Assembly: GCF_001447785.1 (NCBI RefSeq)
Contig: NW_015174274.1
Coordinates: forward strand, 1,501,440-1,565,439
DNA: 64,000 bases
From: Gekko japonicus
Taxonomy: Eukaryota
Reading direction: 5' to 3'
In this document: positions 25,601 to 40,600 of the stretch, piece by piece
How positions within the stretch are numbered: position 1 is the stretch's first letter
Layout: each line of letters opens with the position of its first letter
The notes under the pieces: model-generated
What the model saw: only the letters and a program-made list of their open reading frames with translations
Told to the model about the DNA's origin: nothing
The model's database searches: none
Position numbers and translations under genes: made by a program

Positions 25601-28600
25601 CCCATTGTTTCAAGAACTGGCACAATCACGGTAGGAGCCTCAGGATATATGGACTCTATTCTCAGGCCCTATGCCATCAGCACACCCAGCTATCTATGAA
25701 ACACTACAGACTTTTTCAGGAAAGTACAGTCCATTGACAACCGCCTGGACAATACCATCCTAGCAACTTTGGATGTTGAGGCTCTGTATACCAACATCCC
25801 ACATGCAGATGGTCTGCAAGCCATCAGGAATATCATCCGAGACAAAACCATAGCACACATTGCCTCTGAACTTTGCCACTTCATGCTTACTCACAATTAC
25901 TTCAAATTTGGTGACAATCTATATCTACAGGTAAATGGCACAGCTATGGGCACATGCATGGCACCACAGTATGCAAACATATTCATGGCAAAGCAACGCT
26001 TCCTCAGCTTCCATCCACTAAAACCATTCCTGTACTTAAGGTTTTTGGATGACATCTTCAACATTTGGACCCATGGGAAGTAAGCCCTTGAGAGATTTCA
26101 CCAGGACTTCAACAACTTTCACCCACCATCAACCTGAGCCTGGACCACTCTACACAATAGGTACACTTTCTGGACAACACTGTACAACTACATGGTGGAA
26201 AGAGATAAACACCACCTTATATTGGAAACCCACCAACTGATATGAGTACATGCCTCAACATACTCTCTACATGCCTCAAGTTACCACCCAAAACATACCA
26301 CTCGGTCGATTGTCTATAGCCAAGCTTTATGTTACAATTTTATCTGCTCCAATGCTCTTGATCAGGACTCTCACTTAAGGCATTTGCAACAAACATTTTT
26401 GGGACTACAGTATCCACCAAATGAGGGGAGGAAACAAATTGATACGGCTAGACTAGTACCCAGAAACATCCTACTCCAGGCCAAACCAAAAAGAGCCAAG
26501 AACAGAACACCACTGGTTGTCCCCTATAGTGGTCCAGCTCAAACCAGTCCAACGTATCATCAGTGATCTACAGCCCATCCTAGAAAATGATGCCTCTCTC
26601 TCACAAGCCCTGGGTGGAAGACCTCTCCTTGCCTACAGACAGCCCCCCCCAACCTCAAATGACTTTTCACTATCATGAACCATCTAACAGATTCACCAAC
26701 ACAGGAACCAGACCATGCAACATACCCAGATGCCAACTCTGCCCACATATCTACTCAGAAAGTATGATTACAGGACCCAATGGAATCTACTACACAATCT
26801 CTGGCTCTTACAGCTGCTCATCCTCCAATGTGATATATGCTCTCATGTGCCAACAATGCCTCTCTGCTCTGTACATAGGACAAACCAGCCAACCTCTATG
26901 CAAAAGAATAAATGGACACAAATCTGACATAAAAAATGGCAATATCCAGAAACCAGTGGGAGAACACTTCAATCTACCAGGACATTCTGTCAAGGACTTA
27001 AAGGTCACCATAGTTCAACAGAAACATTTCAAAACCAAAATCCAACCGGAAGCTGCTGAACTGGAATTTATATGTAAGACTTGGATTGAATAGAGACTTT
27101 GGATGGTTATCTCCAGGGGTCATTTCCTGTAGGAGCGCACAGGAGCAGAGCTCCAGCAGTAAAGAGCCCAGGGGGCAAGCACATGCAACAAGCCCCACCC
27201 CCTGCTCCCAGTAGCCCTCAGTCAGAGCAAGAAGCAGCCAGGTAAGCTGCAGAGCCCCCCCAGCCCCCCCAGTCCAAAACAGTCCAATAAAGTTTGTTAG
27301 TCTTAAAGGTGCCACTGGGCCTTTTACCATATTTGACCAAGGGAGCTTTGACTCTTGATGATACCCTGGAAATCCTGTTGGTCTCTAAGGTGCTATTGGA
27401 CTTGCATCTAGCTCTTTTGCTGCAGGCCAGCACAGCTGCCCACCTGAAACTAAAGGCAGTATGGGCTTATTAATATCCTATTTATATTCCATTCATATTG
27501 TGACAATATTTATCAGTCAGATAAAAGTATTTAAAGGCTATTTTCTTGTGCAGAGTTTTAAGGTTGAGAGGTGAAATTTAACTTTATAGAAAGACTTGTG
27601 TGTTTACCTGCTGTTTGGTTTGTGTGATATTTTAGGGACAGTGGATACAGTGGTACACATTTCTGGATAGGCTTAAATTACCTCAGCCCAGATGATGGAT
27701 TTGCATGGAGCGATGGATCTCCAGTAAGTACAGCTACTTCCCCCCCCTCCCTGAATTCTTGTTCTTTTCTCTTGATTACTTGCATGCCTGGGTCTAGTGG
27801 GTGAGGGAGCTAAACTGAAAAATAAGGTGTCTCCCCCACAACAAAATCTTGCCTTTTGAAAAAGACTGAATGTCTTGTTCAGTACAGAATCAGCAGCATC
27901 AACATAATTTTTAAAAAAGATGAACACGTCAGAATTCCCATTTTGTGACTGGAATAACTTGTATCAGTCCATTAGCCCTCATCTAGTCTGTTGTGATGCC
28001 TGTGGATATTAATAGCCACCAGGAAATTATCCTGTTGAAGCCCCATTAAAATATATGAACGCTGTTTAGGAGCACAGTAGTAACCGATGCAGCTACAATG
28101 ATGGCTACTTTTGTTCTAGAACTGTTGCTCAGAGAGTAGACCCCAGGAGCTGTGGAAGGGAACAACTTGTCACATTGCACAAATGGCTTGGATACTGAGC
28201 CTAGCTTCTACTGTTCTCTGTTGCAAAAGTGGTCCTCTTGGGCTAGGTGCTTCTGTTTAGTGCAATACCAATAACTTTCAATGAGCCCCAAACACCTGGT
28301 GCTGGACCATCTCCACAAAGGACAAAGAGCTTTACAAGCAGAAGGAAGGCATAGGATCCAGCAGTGTTATGGTCTTTATGATGAGTTGCTGGTTTTGTGC
28401 AATGGCTCACAGGACTGGATTGAAAGGTTGCAGATTGCTTTCATTGTGATTTTTTACAGGCTTATGTCTCACGTAAACTTGATTTAATTTACCAAATGGA
28501 CTGGCTTGTGTACAACAAAAGCAATGCTTTTCTTTATAAATAAATGATTTACTAACTTTATTTGTATGTTAGCTCGGGTATATAAACTGGGGATATGGAG

Positions 28601-31600
28601 AGCCCAATAATTATAATGGAGTAGAACACTGTGTAGAGGTAGCTGCAGGTTACCGAATGCATTGGAACGACATGCATTGTGAAGAACTATTTTCCTGGAT
28701 CTGTCAAGTTAAGAAAGGTAAGATTTCCTGTTACATCAAATGAAAACATAATTGTTTGTAAGCAGAGTCAAGCCAACTCCAAATCCTACCACAAGACCCA
28801 GCACTGAATATGAGCCTAGTATCCCAAATTCAATCTTTTGTAACTCCCTTTTGTAACAGGCCTGAAAAAGACCCCGTAAGTACCTGGACAGCCATATTAC
28901 TGAGAGTTTGGCTAGACTGGACTAGTAGTCTAACTCAGTAGAAGGCATTTTTGTATGTTCAAATTAGGTAATTAATACATTTATATTGACAGGAAATCTG
29001 TAATTTTGATGTATAGGCTATTGATTCATGTGGTGTACTCATGTAGTAAGGCATACTCAGCTGAGCCAGCTCCAAGATTTCTTCCTATAATCCTATTGAT
29101 TTTTACAGGGAAACTGAATCTTGCATTTTAAACCAAACAAACTCAACACAGGATTGGTCAGATTTTAGCAAAATTTCATTATAGGATTTGTTTCTTTTAT
29201 TATTTCATTATAGCACTTGTTCCATGCAACCCTTAAAAGTTATATCTATTATAATTTGGTTTTGATAGTGTATTGAAATTCTGTCAGACTACTCATCCAG
29301 CAGATTCATTAATTTATTTGTGGATTGACCACAGCCCTCCAAGGTCTCAAGGAATCTTTCCAGGCATTTATTCCCTGTGATTCTTTAACTGGAGATTCCA
29401 GAGATTAAACCTGGTCCCAGATATACAAATTCTGCTAGGAGAAACTGCCAAAATATAAACTGTATTTAACAAATATAAAGTTGGTGGTGTCACAACAACA
29501 AAATTAATAAGGCATAAGATACAATGTTTCCTCCTTAGAAGATAAGACGTAAAGTCCATATAATCAGTAGAACTTGATAGGAGGAGTCCACATAGTCATA
29601 ACATTTTCCAAACAGCCTTTGCAAAGATGCCCATTCTAGGCCCCGGTCACACGGAACATTAGCCACGCTACAGAGACGGAAGATAGGTGGATTTTCCGGG
29701 CGCGATCACAGCGCCACATCTGGGAAGCGTAGAGCTCCCGTGGCTCACCCGAGGCTTCCTGCCAAAGATGTGGGGTAAAAAACTAGTACCTCCGAGGTAC
29801 TAGTTTCCAGAAACCGCGGGGCAAGGGCGGGCATCTGATTGGGTTTCTGGTGGCCTCCGGCGCCCGCCCATGTCCCCTCACAAAAAGGTTTTTTTCCCCA
29901 AGTCTCCATGGGATGCGCACAAGCACCCAACGGAGCATGCGCACATTTCAGTTTTTTTAAAAAAACACAACCCTGTTTGCTGCCCCGCCCCGCTTCTTTG
30001 CCACGTCGTGTGATCGGCACTTCTCCCCTACCCACGGGACCTCGACGGGACCTCAACCGGACCTCAACCGGACGCCTGATCGTGCAGTTGCGCGTTATTT
30101 TGCTCCGGGGCAAACAGCCACGCTTCCCCCCCCGCATTTTCCGGCCCGTATGACCGGGGCCCTAGATACTTAAAAGATGCATTTCCTTCAACTTCTTCAG
30201 TTTGCCAGCTGTGTAGATGGAACCTGATTTCAACAGACCACAAGGTTCATAGTGTAAAGAGCAAATCATAGGTTCTCCAACTTTATATTTGTTGAATACA
30301 GTTTATATTTTGGCAATTTCTGATGGTATTTCTCCTAGCGGAATTTGTATATCTGGGACCTCTGTGATGCTAGGTTTCCCCTTGTTTTTAGAGATTAAAC
30401 CTGGGCCCTTTTGCATGTAAACCAAGTGCTTGACTTTTGGCCTACTCCTAGAAGCCAGTCTTGAGAATCCATATACAAACATGTCATTCTGGAAAACTGG
30501 CAAAAGTCATGTGTTGATAAAGACCAGTGACAGAAGTCTCTATGTTTTCCATGATGTAAGCCTAAATTTCACTTCAGTTTTCTAAAACATCGATGCAAAA
30601 TAGAGGAGTTTCAGTTACTTTGTAGTATGAGTATGATTAACTTGGTGCTTGGTTTTAATAATACTAGGTACATGTAAATTGTCTTTATGTTCTGTTTTTC
30701 TGCCCTCCAGGAGTACAAGTAAAATCTGAACCAACAGATCCACCTCCCCCAAGTAAGCCTCTATTGCCTTCTTTGAGGATATATTAAAATGAGGAGAAAG
30801 TTGTGGAGCTGTTTTAAAAACTACACGGCAGTGATAATGTCGAAGCAAAAGCCATCTAGTGGCACTTTAAAGGGAGACAGCATCTGATGATGTGGGCTGT
30901 AGTCACAAAAGCTAATGCTGTATTTAAAGTATTGATGTTTAAAGCATCACTAGACTGGGGCAGACAGCCTTTGGGGGCAAAATGTACACCCACAAGCATG
31001 CAGCCTCTACCTATGAAAACTGGTGTACAGGCAAACAGAGGAATGGTTAAAGGTTGTAATTGCAGACTTGCTGGAGGCCAACTAAGCACTGGAACTAAGC
31101 AGCACCTCAGGGGCTTGCTGTAGTTACTTGGGCAGAGAACCACCCCTGCATACCAGCCAAAATGGTCTGGAGTGCCACTGCTTGGGAATTTTTTACTCTT
31201 GCCTTAGACTCTGTTGTTTTTGTTGTTTGTCAACAAAAGATCTGGCCATCTAGATCAGATTATTGCCATGTGCTCTGTAGGGAATTGCCCTTGAAAAGTT
31301 TTTGGAAACTTCAGTTGGTGCAGAATGCTGCAGCCAGGATGTTGACTGGAGTGGGTTGTAGGGACCGTATCACTCCAGTCTTTGCCTATCTACACAGGCT
31401 CCCAATCTGTTTCAAAGCACAAGTCAAGATGCTGATGTTGAACTTTAAAGCCCTACATAGTTTGGGATTGACATATCTGAAGGACCACTTATTTCCTTAG
31501 GAACCTACCCAACCAATATGGTCATCTTCCAAAGCCAGGTGTCCCACTTTCCAAGATTAAGCAAGTGGCAACCAGAGATGGGGCCTTCTTGGTCATGGCA

Positions 31601-34600
31601 CCAAAACTCTGGAATTATGTCTCCAGAAAGACTCACCTTTCCCTGTTTGTTGCTGTCTCCTGCCTAGAGGGTGAAGACTTTAGACCCTATGTTTTAATTG
31701 TTGTTGCTATACTTTGTATGTGTGTTTTTGCTTAGTTTTAATGCTGTGTTTTGATTTAAATGAATTTATGATGTACATTTTATGATGTATGCTTTTAATC
31801 AACTAGCTGTTTTGGTGGCCTTCATAAGGCCAGAAATGCAGGGTATATATTTTTTAAATAAACAACTCTTCTCGGGACCTGACTACTCACATAGCACCAC
31901 TTTGCATTTTTCACCATCCTTTAGCATTTCAGAGCCAAAGTCCATATGCACCAGTAGCACACCCATCATCCTTAAAATTCCTTTTAATTACCAGATTATG
32001 AGTTTTAACAGTTATGAAGTTATATGGAAGGAAAAGCTAAATCTGTTGGATTTTTTTGCATTTTTTTTAAAGCATCTTGGCTTATACAGATAATAAAATG
32101 TTTATAAATTTGCACCACGTAGTCAGATAATATAGACTGGCTTTTCAGCGTATAGCATTTGATTTAATATAGTGCTGATTTTGTTATGGTTCAGATGAGT
32201 ACTGCTAACCCTGTCTATAGGCAGTTAAGTATCCATCTGTGCTTGTTCCAGAATTTGAGATGACCAGTGATGGGTGGATCCTCTTTAAAAACAAACAATA
32301 TTATGTCAGCACTGATAAAGCTCCTATGGAAAATGCACGCGAGTTTTGCAAGAAGAACTTTGGAGATCTGGCTGTTATTGATGGCAACACTGAAAGAAAG
32401 TTCCTGTTGAGTTATGTAAGGCGCTCATTTGTTATCTTTGACATATATCATTCAGAAGAGTCAGCATACTTTTACAGTAAGAAACTGTACACCTCTGAAG
32501 CCTGGAAATTGTTGATAGCAACTAGTTTTACCCAGTGGAAACAGTGAAATAACTGTTGAAAACTCTGATTACAATATAACTATGTACAATATTATTCAGA
32601 TGGCTGTCGCCATAATGAAAGCCACTGTAGTATAAAGGATGGCTCTGGACTTTTTTTGCCATCAAGTTGCAATCGATTTATAATGACCCCCCATAGGGTT
32701 TTCAAGGCAAGAGATATGCAGAAGTGGTTTGCCATTGCCTCCATGTAGTGACCCTGAACATCCCTGGTATTCTCCCATCCAAATACTAACCAGTGTCAAC
32801 CCTGCTTAGCTTCTGAGATCTGATGAAATAGGGCTATCCTGGGATATCCAGAGGGCTTTGAACTAAGGAGACTTAGGTTCAAGTCTTTGTTCAGCCAAGA
32901 AGCTAACAAAAAGATGTTGATGCAGTCACTGTTTCTCATGGGGAAGGACTATGGCTTTGCCCGTGGATGCTCCCAAGTTCACTCCCTAGCATCTCTAAGT
33001 TTAAAAAAAGTCTCAAATAACAGGTTGGCTTCCCTGACCTGCCTTCTCCTCTTCTGTAAACCAAAACCAAAACAGACACCTCCTTGCAAACTTTGACGAT
33101 CTCTGAAAAGGAAGAAAGACAAATTCACATTTCAGTGTTTCCATGACCTGCTATGCCTGCTATACAAAAGACAATTTCAGTTCTTATACAACAGGGATTC
33201 TTTCTCTCGTCTGGCCACAATTTGGCAAGGGTGACAATCACAATCCCTGAGAATTTTATCCCAGTTTGTAGGGAGGGGAGAGTTAGACCCAGAAATGTGT
33301 TTCCTATCAAAACCCATGGAAACAAATACCCAATTGATTAGCCAATAGCTTTTATCCTGATTGTAAAGAAAATTAATCAAATTCTTTTAAAAGAAAAAGA
33401 ACCAAACCCAAAATATTTTTGCGCTATTCTCTATTTAAATCTACTGAACTATTTCCCTTATTAATTGGATGCTTAATACTTATTAGAAGAAGGACTTTAG
33501 TAAGAGATTTTTGATTTAAGGACCTTTCTGAATTAATTTCTCAGACATAATTTCCAGAATGTGCCAAAGCATGTGAATATATTTTCATCTCCATGTTTTA
33601 GATCAATCAAGATAAAGAGAGGAATGCTTACTTCATTGGTTTAAGACTGAGTCTTGATAAGCAGGTTAGGTAAGTAAACAGAAAACAGTACAGCATGTTT
33701 TTTCTTTATTATTTATTTATTGAAACATTTATATCCTGCATTGGGCAAGTGATTCACTGTATTCGTGGTGCTTGGGGGGGCAATAGTGGGAGGATTTCTA
33801 GTATCCTGGCCCCACTGATGGACCCCCTGATGGCACCTGGTATTTTTGGCCACTGTGTGACAGAGTGCTGGACTAGATGGGCCATTGGCCTGATCCAAGA
33901 TTGGCTTCTCTTATGTTCTTATGTTCATTTCCTTGTGGTTCAAGGTGGCTTATAATAATAGTTAAAAACAATTTCTTCTAAAACCAAAAATGACATAGCC
34001 AACCTCAAATCTGTCCCTCTCTTAAAAGATGCCTAGCATTCAAACCCCATTGATATCCTTGACAAACAGTTAGGCCTTGCAGCACCCTCTGAAGATTGTC
34101 AAGAATGATCCACCCTCACCTCTTCAAGGAGCCCATTCCGCAGAGCCATGATGGAAAAGGCCCAGACTCTGGTCAATACCAGATGGGTCACCCTAATTAT
34201 TGGTATAGTCAATAGATGGCTGCCTGACAACCATAGTTTATGTATAATGCCATTCTATATAACATTGTGCGCATTATAACTTTTACATACAGAACTTCAC
34301 TTATGTAATTATTATGGATCTTCACCATTTTCACCTCCCTTCCAGTAGTACCTTCCAACCCAAAGAAAGTTGATTAATGGGGTGACAGGTCCAGGAGAGT
34401 CAGTGGCCTGCAGTGAGGAGGAGGAGGGAAGTTGCACCCTCCTCCTATCAGTACAGGAAGAAGAAGAAGAGTCTTAGAGTCTCAGAGTGGCTTACAAACT
34501 CCTTTCCCTTCCCCTCCCCACAACAGACACCCAGTGAGGTAGGTGGGGCTGAGAGAGCTCTTTCAAGAACTGCCCTTTCAAGGACATCTGTGCCAGAACT

Positions 34601-37600
34601 ATGGCTTGCCCAAGATCATCCAGCAGCTGCAAGTGGAGGAGTGGGGAATCAAACCTGGTTCTCCCAGATTAGAGTCCGCACACTTAACCACTACACCAAA
34701 CTGGCAAGAAGGATGATTGTGTTGCTTCCCCCTCTTCACTGCAGCCCCTTTGTTCCATGTGGCTATTTCTCCATACAGGTCCCATACAGGGGTAAACTTT
34801 CCTAGAGTCAGAAGAGGCTGCTGGGGAAAGGGAGAATATCAGGAACAACTAAAGCACAGTGTATAATCTAATTCAAAAAGCTGGTCATTTTACACAGACA
34901 CTTATCAACGATAAAGGATGTTAGTACTTTCAGAAACTGAAATGGTGTATTATTTAAACAAGATAATTAACAAACTCAATCTTAGGCTTAAACAAAGGCT
35001 GTAAGAGCCTAATACACTTTGCACAAAATAACTGGTTGCAAGGGACACAATATACAACATATGTGCAAGCCCAGCTCATGGGCTATACCAGTTCATATGT
35101 TAAAGTACACACAATTCCAACAAATCTAAGCCAGCTGTGAATTTCTGTAGGTTTAGTACCACATACACATGCTTGATTGGTGATTTCCTCAGCATTGCAG
35201 TTGATGTTAGCTTCATAACATTTGTTGGAATTGAATTAGAAAAACTGTACATCTTTCTGTAATAGTTCAAAGATTTGTCTTCCACATTTGAAAATTTTGA
35301 TGTCTGTAGCTGTAAGACCAGAAAAAGTCATGTGAAATGGGATTTTTTTCTACCGGTCCCTGTAGTCTTTCAAGCCTCAGTTCATCTCAGCATCTTGTGA
35401 AGTCCTGTGTACTGTAACATATGAACTGGTATAGCCCATTCATATGTATATATGTTGTATATTGTGTTCCTCGCACATCAGTTACATTGTGCAAAGTGTA
35501 TTAGGCTCTTACAGCTTTTGTTTTAAGCCTAAAATTGGGTTTGTTAATTATTTTGGTTAAATAATACACCATTTCAGTTTCTGGAAGTACTAACATCCTT
35601 TATTGTTGATAAGTGTCTGTATACAATTACATGATTTCTGAATTAGATTATACATGGTGCTTTAGTTCTTCCTAATATCCTTACACACCGTGGTCCCTTG
35701 GAGAAAGGGAGAAGGCAGGGAAGATCTACAACAATCAGCAATTTCTGTTAATTCATTGCTAGATCCAACTCAGTCCGTTGGCCCCTAAGTCAAATCCTCT
35801 GATTCCCTTTCACAAGGTCTTCCTCCAGCAGTGAAAATCTTCCTGCAACGGAAGAATTTTTTTCATTGGAGCTTGTATTTCTCCATCTGATCAAATCTTT
35901 CTCCATTAAAAGAAGATTTGGCAGAGTTGAAATGTATGATCCAACATAGTAGAAGGGAATGGTAGGATCCAATCCAGTATATTCTGAATCTTTTGTCTCA
36001 GCATTTAAAACAGGACAAGTAAAGAGACTCAGGCTGATGTTTGAACTTCAAACAACAAATCATGTCATAAATGTGCATGCCAGGGTTCACTAAGGTATCT
36101 GAGTGCACAAGGATAATATTACATTACATGCTGTAGCTTTTGTGGCCTCTTTGTAAATGGGTGCAGAAAATGTGGTAGAGTTTAGTCTCAGAACATGCAG
36201 TTGTATCTTGTTTATGCATGCCAGCTATCTGATCTCTCTGTCCAAGATAGATATTTATTTTTAATTTTCATCCCACTTTTGAAAACAAATGTGAGATTCA
36301 AGCTGGTATCTGAACTGGAACAGTAAAATTCAGTCCTGAACATGCACGTCAAATTTAATTCCAATGTCTCAAGGTTCAAAGGTGACCTTATGTCACAAAC
36401 CAGTACTCCCACAAAGAGAAGATGTCTACATGCAGCAAAAGCCATTCAGGGAATAAATAGCATCTTAGTATGCAGTATGCAAAGTACATGGTACTCTTTT
36501 TATTTTCTAATGGTTTGCCTTAGACAGTCACTTTAAAATTTGCCAGATGAAGCAATAACGATTGAGATGTGGTGGAGTCATGAGAGATATGTCAAAACTA
36601 GGGTTGCCAGGCTCCAGCTGGGGCCTGGAGATCTCCCACTTTTACAACAGATCTCCAGCAGACAGAGATCAGCTTCCCTGGAGAAAATGGCTGTTTGAAG
36701 GGTGGACTCTATGGCATTGGACCATGCTGAGGTCCCTCCCCTCAGCAAACCCTGCCATCACCTGGATCCACCCCCAAAGGTATTTTCCAACCCATACCTG
36801 GCAACCCTAGTCAGAACCATGGTTTGGGCCTGGCAGTTATTTTTTTTTTTTACATTTTTCTCCTGCTGTCTCTCTGAATGATGGTGAGAAAGAGGAGCTG
36901 GGGTGGGGGGATTCTTTGTCCCCACTGCGGGGCTGGCAACCCTAAAACTGTCATGTAGGCCTCAAGGCCCCATCCTAAATTAAAACAATATTTACTGTTA
37001 AAACTAGAGACATAGTTAATGTAGTAACTGGGGGTGGGGCAGGATATGATAGGGCTCCCAACAACACCACTTGGGCAACGCTGGGACATTGGTCTAAAGC
37101 ATCACTTGGAACTGACATTACATCCACCCCAAACTTCACCCTCTGTAGGCACAGGCATTTGCCCAAGAAAATGCCAATGCCAAGGGAGGATGGAATTTGG
37201 AGTGGATGTAATGGTGATTCCAAGTGATGCTTTACACATTTCCCCTGATCTCTATGGAAAAGACCATAGAGACTTGGGGAAGATTCCTAGAACATCACTA
37301 TGGAAGCAATTTTTTCTCCTGCTCCTCAATTTCTTGAGAGCAGGATATTGGAGCTTGTGATAGGGCATTCCCTGCCAAGACCAGGCAATTGAGAAGCCTA
37401 GGATATGAACTTCCCTCAGTTCAGAAATTTGTGCTTCAATATGCGGCAGGCCCATAGCTCTTTGTAATTTGGACGAGGCTTGTATGGCATATCCCCCTCT
37501 CCAGCTGCTTCCAGACAGCTAGTCTATCAATCCTCATTTCCTTTCAAAGCAAATTTACCAGGGTTGCCAATCCTCAGGTGGGGATCTCCTGGAATTATAA

Positions 37601-40600
37601 CTGATCTCCAGACTACAGAGATCAGTTCCCTTGGAGAAAATGGCAGCTTCAAAGGGCAAACTCTACGGTATACCATAAAATCTAGGTGAAATCTCCCCCT
37701 CTCAATTCTCTCCTCCACTGGTGCTATTCCCAAACATCCAGGAATTTCCTAACTTGGAGTTGGCAACCATAAAATCTATTCCTGTCTATGTATGGTATTG
37801 GAAAGAGCTTGCAGTATACAATGCTCTTAATGAGATATTCCTGCTTAGTATTGTTGCTTCCTGTAAGGAAACATGAGATTTGCAGTTTCCTGTGTTTCCC
37901 GGCCCAATTCTTTGAAGCAATACCATAGGATTGCCTACTGTATGTCGAGAAATTCCTGGAGATTTGGGAGAGGAACCTGGGAAGGGTGGGTTTTAGGAAG
38001 AGGAATAAACTCAGTGGGGTATAATGCCATACATTCTATCCTCCAAAGCAGCCATTTCCTGAAATGGAACTGATCGCTGTAGTCAAATAATTCTGGGAGA
38101 TCTTCAGGCCCCACCTGGAGGCTGGGAACCTTAAGTAAGAAGCTTAGGCAACAACAGATCCATGCACCCTGGCAGAAAATTATCTTGAGTATGCTCATGA
38201 GCATCCCTGTCTTCCTGATAGAGGACTAGAAAGCCTCCGTTGCCTCCAGAGAGCCTTCCTTGCAACTATAATCCCCGCTCCATTGGCAAAGGCAGAGGCA
38301 TGGACCAGCAAAGATGGCTGAAGGCAAGCTTGGTTGAACTTTTTCTGGGAATTCTCTAAGAAACCTGGTATTTAAAAACACCATTGTAGTTTGAATGGAG
38401 GTGAGGGGAATCACTACTTTCAAAATAGAGTATTTTATCTGATATTTGTCTGAAAAGTGCTCCCCGCCCACCTTGAATAATATTAACCGTGTTGAAAGAA
38501 ACAATATAATATTTAATTTGTCTTTTAGTCGGATGGATGGAAGCCCCGTGGACTATTTAGCTTGGGCACCCCATGAACCAAACTTTGCAAACAATGATGA
38601 AAATTGTGTGGTCATGTACAGAAGAACAGGTAGGCAACTTGACAATCACCAATACTTTCTGCTTTGTTGTTTGGTTAAAATAGGGTGAATTATTCCTGAA
38701 TATAATGCTTAGATTAACCATTTTAATATATATGAAATGCAGCAGTATTTTTTATGTCAAATGACTCACAGTGTATGACTTGTTTTCTCATGGTCAGGAC
38801 TATGGAATGATATAAACTGTGGTTACCCACAGCCTTACATATGTGAGAGACACAACAGTTCAATTAATGCAACGGCTGTTCCCACTACACCTTCCATTCC
38901 AGGAGGATGTCCAGAATCATGGCTTTTGTTTGAAAATCAGGTATAGTGGTAATTTTCTCTCCCCCACCCCCAAGCGGCTCTGGGAAGCCATGGCTGCAGT
39001 CCAAAATTCACTTGCTAGGAAGTCAATGGAGCTTACTGCTGAGTAAACATGCTTAGAATTGCATTACATGAGCCGTAAACATAATTGTGGTGTTGTGATG
39101 CTGGTCTTCTATTTGCCTTTCTGTATATATAACACATTTTAACATTAATTAAAGAAACATTTGTAAGTTTTGTTGCCTTCCATTTGCTCATAACCAACCT
39201 GACAATTAAACTTCAGGCCTTATAAGCTATGTAATGTCCTTTTCTTCTTCATCCAGTATGGAAAATTGTTGGGGGAAGCAGGGGAGTAAAATCCAAGTGG
39301 AGCACTAATAGCTGTCCTGTAGAGGAAAAATCAGACCGGAAAAAAATATATGATTTGTGGAGCCCAGGATGACTGGGTGATCCATGTTGGCTTGTGGGCT
39401 AAAAGCACATTCCGCACGCTTTCAGAGCCAAGGCACTGGTGAAGACGACTTCTCCCCACTCAGCCAAATGATCCCCTGTAGCTTGGAGCTGAAAGCATGC
39501 CACCAATCATATGGTTAGAGGAGGAGTGTGTAAGGTGTGCTTTCAACCTAGAGTTGCCAACTCTGGGTTGGGAAATACTTGGAGAATTTTTTGGGGGGGT
39601 GGAACTGAAGGAATGTGGGGTTTGGAGAGGAGAGGGACCTCAGCAGGTTTGAATACCATAAAGTTCACCCTCCAAAGCAGCCATTTTCTCCAGGGGAACT
39701 GATCTGTATCATCTGGAGTGCGGTTGTAATAGTGGGAGATCTCCAGGCCAATGTGTCTATTTCAGCCCCAAGCCACCACTGATTAGCTGGCCGGTGGCCT
39801 GCACAACATCAGACTATGGACCAGTGGGGGAAGGGGGAATGGTCACCTGCTTTTTAGTGTAATGTATGACAGAATCACAGTGGCAGGTTCACTGACTGGA
39901 TCTTGTAGTCAAAGGATATTATTTATATTCAGGCCTGTAAGAGAGTGTGTGTATCCATTAGGGCTGAGAGCTCTGGGTTAGGAATTGCCTGGAGATTTTG
40001 GGGGTGAAGCCCAAGGAGGGTTTGGGGAGGAGAGGAACTTCAACAGGGCATACTACCATAGAGTCCACCTTCCAAACTGGCCATTTTCTCCAGGCGAACT
40101 GATCTCTGTCACCTGGAGATCAGTTGTAATAGAGGGAGATCTCCAGCCACCACCTGGGGGCTGGCAACTCTAGTGTCCATCCTTGTGACAATCCCTTGGA
40201 GAAGTGAACTGCTCACAATAAGCAGGCCTACCAGTTTTCAGTCTGGTAACCGGACACATATTTTAAAATTTTATAATCTCCCAGTGAAGCAGGAATTCTC
40301 ATAGGTTTCCTCACACTCATTTCCCTTTGCGGGGCCTGGGTTGAAGAAGTATGTTGCCAAAAGGAAGGTGGAGTTACAATTAACCCATTTTCCATTTTAG
40401 TGGGAATTTAGCAGGTTGTGTTCAGATTGCAAGATGAGAAGGCTAACAATAGGCTTTGTTTAGTAACTCTTAATTTCAGTTCATTCTTTCTTTTTTATTT
40501 TCCCATGCCCTGCCCTCTATAATTTATCAGCATCCTTTCAGAGCCACACATTTAAATAAAATACTTTGTCCAGTATTTCTCTCTTTCCAGGGATAATCTT

